A stretch of 30,086 bases of DNA from Candidatus Woesearchaeota archaeon (GTDB lineage Archaea; Nanobdellota; Nanobdellia; Woesearchaeales; GW2011-AR15), in NCBI GenBank assembly GCA_038874655.1, contig JAVZBY010000008.1:1133-31218 (forward strand). The letters run 5' to 3'. The position numbers and the translations under genes are program-made. Shown here one piece after another: positions 19,083 through 26,598 of this stretch. Below the pieces are notes generated by a model, which worked only from the letters and a program-made list of their open reading frames with translations, was not told the DNA's origin and searched no databases. The first letter of the stretch is position 1; each line of letters opens with the position of its first letter.

Positions 19083-21356
19083 GTGAATATGCTTAATAAA
19101 TTAAAAGCAGAGATAAATAATTTTATAGTTTCTCATAATGGTAATTATACTAATGAGGACTTTACAAATTTTTTAAATGTTCTAAAACAAAAAGGATATG
19201 ATATTCGTGATTTTGAGTTAGAGAAATTTTTACATAAACAAAAATTAAAATATGAAGCAAAAAAATTGGGTGTTCCAGTTCTTTCAAAATCTAAGATAAT
19301 AAATTTATGTAGAAAATTCATTAAAAAAACAAAGGCAAATTATAATAAAAAAGAGTTTAATGAGTTTTTAAATTTTTTAAAGAAAAAAGGATATTTTGAT
19401 AATGAAGAATTAATGATAATTTTAGGAATTGAAGAATTAAAATATAAAAAAAGAAATAATCTCTTATTAGAAAATCAATTATTAGAAAAAAATTCTTTGA
19501 ATATGAATAAAATTGAAGAAAGAGTTCCTTCTCTAGAGAGGGATAATAAAAAAGCTGACACTATTTTGAACCAAGAAAACAAAATACAGCACCTTACAAC
19601 TGAAGAATCAATAACAAAAGAAGACTCAAAAATAGAGGATCTTAAAATTAAAGAGATAGAAGCGAAAATTGAAGAAAAGATGTTAGGTTATTTCTCTAAA
19701 CAATTATTAAAAAAAGATGATATTATAAAATCGAAGATTGAGGAAATTGAGAAAAAGAACAATGAATTAAAAATAAAGGAAAAAGAAATAAATGAAAAAA
19801 ATTCTATAATAAAAGAAAAAGAAGATGAACTAAATTCAATTAAAAAATCTTTGAAAGATTATGAGCATAAATTAAAAGAAAAAGATAAATTATTAGAAAA
19901 TTTAGAAAATAAGAATATTTCTTTTTTAAATAAATTAAAAGAATTAGAGAAGTCAATAAAAGCACATCAAGATTTAATTTATTTACATAGCAAAAAATAT
20001 AATATAATAAAAAAGGTTTATGACTATAAATCAAAAGAATTTGAAAAAATAAAAAAACTTCTTAAAGAGTATGAGATAAGATATAGTGAAAGTGAAAAAT
20101 TAATTGAAAGTAAGAATAGAGAATTAGAAGCATTAGAAGAGCAATTATCTAAAAAAAGTTTAGAATTGTCCAATAAAGAAAAAGAATATCAATCAAGTTA
20201 TAATAACTTATTGAATGAAAAAGAAAATTTGAAAAAAATAAAAGAAGATTTCTTAAAAGAAAAAAAGGATTTAGAAAATACAAAAATAGATATTGAAGAA
20301 AAGTTTAAATCTCTCACAGATAAGGAAAAAGAAATTGAAAGAAGGGAATCTTTATTGATTAAAAATGAGGTTATATTAAAAGAAAAAGAAGAAAAATTAA
20401 GAGAAAAAGAACAAATTTTGCTTTTGTCAAAAAAAGAATTAGATAAAACCTTAGAAGAAATAAATAGAAAAAAGAGTGAGGTTAATGAATTAATGTTTAT
20501 GATAGAACAAAAAACTAGAATATTGGATAAAAAGAGTACTGAAATTTCAGAGAAAAATAAAAAAATAAAAAATGCCATTCTTTTTATTAAAAATAAAGAT
20601 ACTGCTTTAAGAAAAAGAGAATTAGCAATTAGAAAAAGAATGCTTATTTTGATAAAATTGAATAAAGAAAATAGAATTATGGAAGAAAAATTAAAAAAGG
20701 AGAAAAAAGTAAATGAAAAACTGCTTGAAAAAATAATTGAAAAAAATAATGAATTGGAAAAAACAAAAGAAGAAATTAAAAAACAAAGAAATCATGTTAA
20801 AAATGAAGAACTTAAATTAAAAATAATTAAGGAAAATTTAGATAAATCTTTAGTTGATTTAGCAAAAAAAGAGCAAGAAATAAAATTAATGAAAACAAAG
20901 TTAGATAATAAAGAAGCAGAATTAAATAAGAAAAATAAGGAATTACTTCATAAGTTGTTTGAGATAAATAAAAAAGAATCACAGGTTTTGGAAAAAGAGC
21001 AATTGATTGAAAAAAGGTTTAAAGAGATGAGTGAGTTTTCTAATAAAATAGATAAAGAAAAAATAAATTTAGAAGAATTAAAAAAAGAGATAATATTAAA
21101 AAATGAAGAATTGAAAAAATATGAAAAACTTTTAGATAAAAGAAAAGAACTATTGGAGAGAAAAGAAAAAGAATTAAGCAATCATTTAAATAAAAATGAA
21201 GATAAAAAAGAAAATAATAGAATTGAACTTAATATAGAAAAATCATTTAACAAAGATGATATAAAAAGAGAGGAGACAAAAGAAAAAAAAACAAAAGGAA
21301 AACCAAATAAAGAAATAATTAAGGGGAAAAATAAAAAAAACAAAAAGAAAAAATAA
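19083..21356 (+). CDS. long K/E-rich coiled-coil protein with tandem N-terminal ~45-aa domain
   Basis: 757 aa, no Walker motifs; heptad-like composition from aa ~180 to 705. Probable start is ATG 19089. Confidence 0.85.
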   Translation: MNMLNKLKAEINNFIVSHNGNYTNEDFTNFLNVLKQKGYDIRDFELEKFLHKQKLKYEAKKLGVPVLSKSKIINLCRKFIKKTKANYNKKEFNEFLNFLKKKGYFDNEELMIILGIEELKYKKRNNLLLENQLLEKNSLNMNKIEERVPSLERDNKKADTILNQENKIQHLTTEESITKEDSKIEDLKIKEIEAKIEEKMLGYFSKQLLKKDDIIKSKIEEIEKKNNELKIKEKEINEKNSIIKEKEDELNSIKKSLKDYEHKLKEKDKLLENLENKNISFLNKLKELEKSIKAHQDLIYLHSKKYNIIKKVYDYKSKEFEKIKKLLKEYEIRYSESEKLIESKNRELEALEEQLSKKSLELSNKEKEYQSSYNNLLNEKENLKKIKEDFLKEKKDLENTKIDIEEKFKSLTDKEKEIERRESLLIKNEVILKEKEEKLREKEQILLLSKKELDKTLEEINRKKSEVNELMFMIEQKTRILDKKSTEISEKNKKIKNAILFIKNKDTALRKRELAIRKRMLILIKLNKENRIMEEKLKKEKKVNEKLLEKIIEKNNELEKTKEEIKKQRNHVKNEELKLKIIKENLDKSLVDLAKKEQEIKLMKTKLDNKEAELNKKNKELLHKLFEINKKESQVLEKEQLIEKRFKEMSEFSNKIDKEKINLEELKKEIILKNEELKKYEKLLDKRKELLERKEKELSNHLNKNEDKKENNRIELNIEKSFNKDDIKREETKEKKTKGKPNKEIIKGKNKKNKKKK

Positions 21357-21477
21357 TTTTTTGAATTTTTTAATGTTTAATTATTAATAGTTTATATATA
21401 GAAGCAAGATAAAACTTATAAACTATGTAAAATTTTTCTTTTTTAAAATAGAGGGAATTGTTAAAAATTTATTTGAA

Positions 21478-22692
21478 ATGGTCAAGTTAATAAGAATGAC
21501 ATATAAAAAAAAGGAAATTAAGGAAAATAGTAAAAAAAAAGCATCAAATAAAAAGTTAAGTAAAATAAATTCTTTTAAAGTAGATATTGGCATAAAAAAT
21601 CTTAAGAGTAAAGTTCTTTTTGAAGAGAAGTTATTAGAGTTGAAATTATTAGAAGAAAAATTAAAGAAAAAAGAATTGAGTTTAGATGAGAGAGAAAAAA
21701 AAGTATCTGAGAAAGAATTGATATTAACCAATCAAGAAAAAGATATTGAAAAAAAGGTTGAGCAATTATTATCAGAGAAAATTAAATCTTTGGAATATCA
21801 AAAAAGGGATTTAGATAATTATGAAAAAAATTTAAATGAATTAGAATCTTTAATTGAAAAAAAATTAAAAGATATTGAAGAAAGAGAGAAAAATTGTAAT
21901 AAGGTTTTATTAGATAAAAGATTTATAGAAGTAGAGGAATTCATTAGAGAAAGAAATAAATTAGTTGAGCAAAAAAATTTTTTAGAACAAAAAGAAAAGG
22001 AATTAAGAAAATTAGAATTAGATTTGAATAAACAAGAAAGTAGGTTAAATAAAAAAGAGGAAAAATTAGAAAAAAAAGAAAAAGAAATTAATGAAAAGCA
22101 TGAAGTTATGAAAAAGTTTTTCTTAGAAATGGCAACTAAGAAAGCAGAAATAAAAAAAACATTGCTTGAATATGAACCAAAAAAAGCAGAATTGTTGGAA
22201 TTAGAAAAGGTAATTGAACATAAAAATAAACTTCTGAATTTGAAGTTCAATAAATATTTAAAAATAAAAAGGGCAATTTTAAAGAAGGTTCATTTGTTAA
22301 GAGAAAAAGAATATTCATTAGAAAAAGAAAAATTAAATTTAGAAAAAGAAAAAAAGCATGTTATAAGTCAATCTGATAAAATTAAAAAAGAAATAAAAGA
22401 AGAGCAAGAATTATTAAAAAAATTAAGATTGGAGATTAGAGATTTAGAAATAGCTAGAGAAAAATTTTATAATGAGCAAAACCAAAAAATAAAGGAATTA
22501 AATGAAAAAGAAGAATATTTGAGAAAATTAGAAAATGAATTATTAAAAGGAAAAGAACATTTAGAAGAACTTAAAAAGCATTATAAAAAAGAGTTAGAAA
22601 ATTTAAGAATACAAAAAGAGGAATTTGAAAAATATAAAAATACTTTAACTTATATAAAAGAATTATCAAAAAAATTAGAAGCTGAAAATTAA
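21478..22692 (+). CDS. K/E-rich coiled-coil protein
   Basis: 404 aa, almost entirely helical heptad-like sequence with a basic N-terminus. Confidence 0.82.
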   Translation: MVKLIRMTYKKKEIKENSKKKASNKKLSKINSFKVDIGIKNLKSKVLFEEKLLELKLLEEKLKKKELSLDEREKKVSEKELILTNQEKDIEKKVEQLLSEKIKSLEYQKRDLDNYEKNLNELESLIEKKLKDIEEREKNCNKVLLDKRFIEVEEFIRERNKLVEQKNFLEQKEKELRKLELDLNKQESRLNKKEEKLEKKEKEINEKHEVMKKFFLEMATKKAEIKKTLLEYEPKKAELLELEKVIEHKNKLLNLKFNKYLKIKRAILKKVHLLREKEYSLEKEKLNLEKEKKHVISQSDKIKKEIKEEQELLKKLRLEIRDLEIAREKFYNEQNQKIKELNEKEEYLRKLENELLKGKEHLEELKKHYKKELENLRIQKEEFEKYKNTLTYIKELSKKLEAEN

Positions 22693-22778
22693 TTTTTTGC
22701 GTTCTATTTCTTTTTTTAATTAGATAGAAATTTTTGATATTTTTTTTAATATTTAAAATACTTTTTTTATAAAAAAAG

Positions 22779-22906
22779 TCCCCCCTCCCAGGCTCGAACC
22801 GGGGACCTTTCCGTAACCGCTGAGTTGGTTTCATTCAGTGTTAAATACATAGTCACCAACTGACAATTGTCTACAGCGGAACGCTCTACCACTGAGCTAA
22901 GGGGGG
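22779..22906 (-). tRNA. tRNA-Tyr(GTA) with 56-nt intron at 37/38 (22815-22870)
   Basis: Reverse strand reads CCCCCCT TA GCTC AGTGGTA GAGC G TTCCG CT GTA G|intron|A CGGAA AGGTC CCCGG TTCGAGC CTGGG AGGGGGG A. C1-G72 and A73 are the archaeal Tyr identity elements; a T7 run follows. Confidence 0.93.
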
Positions 22907-23053
22907 ATAAATTGTATAATTACTCTATAAATATTTATATTTTTATTGAAAATTTAGTTAGTTTTTAAATATTTTGACTTATTTTAATAAAAATTTAATT
23001 TTTTCATAGATTTTAAAAATAATCTTATAAATTTATTTTATTTTCTTTAGATT

Positions 23054-23260
23054 ATGTTTGATAATTATAATAAAAATATTATTATATTTGAGATTTATCT
23101 TATAATTTTTGCAATAATATTTTTTTTATCTGTTTATGCTTTTTTTTTTAATTTATCATTGGTTTATATTGATCTACCAATGAAATTAACAAATCTTGTT
23201 ATAATGGCATTATCTAGTTTAGCAATTTTAAAGACACTTTATCATATCATAACTTATTAA
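23054..23260 (+). CDS. small membrane protein (two TM helices)
   Basis: 68 aa with two hydrophobic segments, between tRNA-Tyr and the metG 3' end. Confidence 0.55.
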   Translation: MFDNYNKNIIIFEIYLIIFAIIFFLSVYAFFFNLSLVYIDLPMKLTNLVIMALSSLAILKTLYHIITY

Positions 23261-23290
23261 ATTTTTTATTAGATCATTGTTCTTTTAGTT

Positions 23291-25468
23291 CTATCTAACT
23301 TTTCCGTTTATTACGTTTTTTGTTTTTATTTTCTCAAAATCTGTTTGTAGCTGTAATCCCTTGTAAATAACTTTATTATTTTCCACTTTTATTTCAACTT
23401 TTAAGAAATCATCAAATTTTATTGTTTGAGAGTTTGGCTCTATTTTATTATTCTCAAGGTAAACTTGACTTCCTGGATTTGAGTTTGGTGCTTCTAATAC
23501 TTCAACAATTTTAGAATCACTTGTTTCTGCAGCTAATAGCATTCCTTGAGAGATTTCACCTCTTAGGTTTGCATGTTCTAAATTAGAAACACATATTATA
23601 TGTTTTCCTTTTAAAACATTTATATCTTGATAATAAGGTTTTATACCTGCAACTAATTGTCTTTTTTCATTTCCTAGATCTATGTCAATAACTAAAAGTT
23701 TATCTGCTTTGTTATGGTATCTAACATTTAATATTTTTGCAACTTTTAAATTAAGTTTTGAGAAATTAATATTATTTTCTTGTGGTTTTTGGTCTGTTTC
23801 TTTTTTATTGTTAATCTCAAATTTTTCTATTTTTTTAAGGATTATTTCAGCTTTTCCTATTTTTGTATCTTCAATAGGATTCTTTATATCATTAAATGTT
23901 AAATTTTCTAATAATAATTGTTTTTCAACTTTTTCTGTGAATACTGGTAGTATCGGTTTTAATAATATATTTATAACCTTCACAATATTTACGCATTCTG
24001 TTATAATTGTCAATGCTTTTTCTTTATCTTCTATTATATTTGATTTTACTAAATCCCATGGTTTATTATCTTGAAAGTATTTATTACCTATATCACTAAT
24101 CTCTAAAATTATTTTTACTACTTCTCTAAATTCAAGATTTTTATAATAATGAATTGCTTTTTGTGATAATTTGTATACTTTTTTAATTAGTTTTTTGTTT
24201 TTTATTTTGCCTAATCTCTCAAAATTGTTGTTTGTAAAACTTAATGTTCTATAAATAAAGTTTGCTATGTTTGCTACTAACTCATTGTTAGATTTTGCAA
24301 TAAAATTATCAATATCTATATCAACATCGGTCATTGTCTTAGTTAGATTAGAAGCATAATAATATCTTAAGAATGAAGGGTTTGTTTTTTCTCTGAATTC
24401 TTTTGCTGTAATATATGTGCCTCTTGATTTTGACATTTTTTCTTTATTAATTGTAATGAAACCATGAACAATCACATTATTAGGAACCTTGAAACCAGAA
24501 GCCATTAAAACAGCAGGCCAAAATAATAAATGGAAATATATTATGTCTTTTCCAATAAAATGAATAATATTACTTGAATTCCAATATTGTTCTGCTTGAT
24601 TTACATCTTTAAAATAGTTTGCTAAACTTGAAATATATCCAATTGGAGCGTCTAACCAAACATAAAAGTATTTGTTTTCTTCATTTGGAATTTTAAAACC
24701 AAAATAGGGCCCATCTCTTGAAATACACCAATCTTCTAAGCCATTGCTAATCCACTCTAATATTTGATTTTTTATTTCAGGTTGAAGGTTTTTGTTATTT
24801 TTTATATATTTTTTTAGTTTTTCTGAGAAACTGCTTAATTTGAAAAAATAGTGTTTTGAGAATTTTCTTACAGGTTGATTTTTGCATAATACACAATATG
24901 GTTCAATTAAATCTATGGGTGTATAAGTAGCACCACATTTTTCACAAACATCGCCATATTGGTCAATAGCACCACATTTTGGGCATATTCCTTTAACAAA
25001 TCTATCAGGTAAAAATCTTTGATCATGCTCACAATAAGTTAATTCTATTTCCTTTGTGTAAATTAATTTTTTTTTTAATAATCTGTTGAATATCAATTCA
25101 GTAAAGTATTTATTTTCAGGTGAGTTTGTTGTATAATAAGAATCATGATGAATTTCATAAGCTTTCATATCTTCAACATGTTCTTTATACCATTCTAAAA
25201 TAAATTGTTCAGGTGTTTTATTGTTTTTTGCTGCGTTTATTTCTATCGGTGTTCCATGGGTGTCATCAGCGCAGCAATATATTGTTTTTTTGCCTAATAA
25301 TTTTAAAAATCTTGAATATATATCAGTTTGTATGTATTCTAGTATATGACCAATATGTAAAGAACCATTTGCATATGGCAATGCACTAGTAATTAAATAT
25401 GACTCTTGTTTTTTATTTCTAATTAATCTCTTTTCAGTTTCAGAGTATTTTCTTTTAGAATTTTGCAT
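23291..25468 (-). CDS. metG: methionyl-tRNA synthetase with C-terminal tRNA-binding (Trbp111/EMAP-like) domain
   Basis: TSALPYANGSLHIGH, CADDTHG, Zn knuckle CPKC..CEKC, YVWLDAPIGY, GKDIIYFH, KMSKS and C-terminal SQGMLLAA. Confidence 0.97.
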   Translation of the reverse strand: MQNSKRKYSETEKRLIRNKKQESYLITSALPYANGSLHIGHILEYIQTDIYSRFLKLLGKKTIYCCADDTHGTPIEINAAKNNKTPEQFILEWYKEHVEDMKAYEIHHDSYYTTNSPENKYFTELIFNRLLKKKLIYTKEIELTYCEHDQRFLPDRFVKGICPKCGAIDQYGDVCEKCGATYTPIDLIEPYCVLCKNQPVRKFSKHYFFKLSSFSEKLKKYIKNNKNLQPEIKNQILEWISNGLEDWCISRDGPYFGFKIPNEENKYFYVWLDAPIGYISSLANYFKDVNQAEQYWNSSNIIHFIGKDIIYFHLLFWPAVLMASGFKVPNNVIVHGFITINKEKMSKSRGTYITAKEFREKTNPSFLRYYYASNLTKTMTDVDIDIDNFIAKSNNELVANIANFIYRTLSFTNNNFERLGKIKNKKLIKKVYKLSQKAIHYYKNLEFREVVKIILEISDIGNKYFQDNKPWDLVKSNIIEDKEKALTIITECVNIVKVINILLKPILPVFTEKVEKQLLLENLTFNDIKNPIEDTKIGKAEIILKKIEKFEINNKKETDQKPQENNINFSKLNLKVAKILNVRYHNKADKLLVIDIDLGNEKRQLVAGIKPYYQDINVLKGKHIICVSNLEHANLRGEISQGMLLAAETSDSKIVEVLEAPNSNPGSQVYLENNKIEPNSQTIKFDDFLKVEIKVENNKVIYKGLQLQTDFEKIKTKNVINGKVR

Positions 25469-25597
25469 TTTTAGTTTAAATTATCTAATATTTAAAAAAT
25501 TTTTGAAAATATTATATTTTGAAACTAAGTTTTTTTAATTTTTTTAAAAATAAAAAATATAAAATTTTATAAAAAAAGTTAAAGAATTTGTTTTTAA

Positions 25598-25885
25598 TTA
25601 TCTTTTTAATTTTCCTAAAACAATTTCAATTGTTGAAACTCTTACTTGTTTTCCTTCTTTGTTTTCAAATTCTTCAGAGTCAATTCTTACTTCTTTTACA
25701 GCAGCTTGTCCAGCTAAGAATCTCTTTGTTGCTACTTCTGCTACATCAACTGCTCTTGAAATAAACTTGCCTCTTGCTTTTACAATAACTTCTGCTGCGT
25801 TTTTTGTTGTAAATTGCATTACAACTCCTGTCACATAATTCATAAAGGGTTTGCCACCAACAAAAATACTGTTGTCTTCTGCCAT
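25598..25885 (-). CDS. albA: DNA/RNA-binding protein Alba
   Basis: IFVGGKPFMNYV, KARGKFISRAVDVAE and VSTIEIVL; SD GGAGGT. Confidence 0.96.
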   Translation of the reverse strand: MAEDNSIFVGGKPFMNYVTGVVMQFTTKNAAEVIVKARGKFISRAVDVAEVATKRFLAGQAAVKEVRIDSEEFENKEGKQVRVSTIEIVLGKLKR

Positions 25886-25968
25886 TTTTTTACCTCCTAG
25901 GTTTTTTCTTTAATTACTTATTTTTAGTATGATTCCTAAATTTCTTAACTTATTTGCCTTATTTTAGT

Positions 25969-26163
25969 TTAAATTCTATCTTTTGATTTGACTAATCTGG
26001 TTACATAGCCAGTTATGATGTTCCTTAATTTTTTAGAAGTAACATCAGTGTATTGTTCTACTATTTTTTTGTTTTCTTGAAAGTTCTCTGTGAATTTATC
26101 AAAGTAGTTTTGAATTAAATCATGTGTAATTCTTTTCATTGCTCTTGTTTTTATTCTTCCCAT
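25969..26163 (-). CDS. rps17e: 30S ribosomal protein S17e
   Basis: MGRIKT...FTENFQENKK...SKKLRNIITGYVTR. Confidence 0.95.
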   Translation of the reverse strand: MGRIKTRAMKRITHDLIQNYFDKFTENFQENKKIVEQYTDVTSKKLRNIITGYVTRLVKSKDRI

Positions 26164-26326
26164 TATTGCTATGAAAATAATAATTCTTTATAAATCTTAT
26201 GTCTTTAAAAAGTCTCTGTTATTTTTTATAACTTCATTTAAATTATTTAAAAAATATAATATTTTTTAGAAAATAATTTTTTAGAAAATAGATTATTATA
26301 TGTTTTTTTTTAAAGTTATTAAAAAG

Positions 26327-26423
26327 TGCGTCCGCCGGGATTCGAACCCGGATCGCCGGCTTTCATCTGGCAAACATATGTTTTATTGGAAGGCCAGTAT
26401 CTTAGCCATTGGACCACAGACGC
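26327..26423 (-). tRNA. tRNA-Gly(TCC) with 25-nt intron at 37/38 (26362-26386)
   Basis: Reverse strand reads GCGTCTG TG GTC CAATGGCTAA GAT A CTGGC CT TCC A|intron|A GCCGG CGAT CCGGG TTCGAAT CCCGG CGGACGC A; a T-run follows. Confidence 0.92.
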
Positions 26424-26598
26424 ATTAATATAATTTACATTAATATAATTTATATAGCATTATATATAAATATCTTTAAAATTCTATTTTTATGAAAAGA
26501 TAAGGCATTTATTAATTTTTTTGTTATTTTTTAATATTTTTTACTTATTGTTCTTTGTTGGCATATCTTTTTAAACTATCACAATATTTCTAATTTAT

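Noticed and set aside
21357-21477. Frameshift or readthrough joining the two coiled-coil ORFs
   Set aside because: The 121-nt spacer has a T-run after the first stop, several stops, its own TATA-like and GAGGG elements, and the first protein ends in a distinct basic tail.
19840-22250. Minus-strand ORFs opposite the coiled-coil genes
   Set aside because: Compositional shadows of AAA/GAA-rich codons.
22571-22834. 87-aa minus-strand ORF
   Set aside because: It overlaps the tRNA-Tyr gene and the end of a real CDS.
26261-26290. Perfect 15-nt tandem repeat ATTTTTTAGAAAATA x2
   Set aside because: Only two copies, no spacer and nearly all A/T; not a CRISPR array, most likely slippage downstream of tRNA-Gly.
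22779-26423. Integrated element at tRNA-Tyr or tRNA-Gly
   Set aside because: No integrase and no duplicated tRNA 3' end (att site) seen; the flanks include housekeeping genes.
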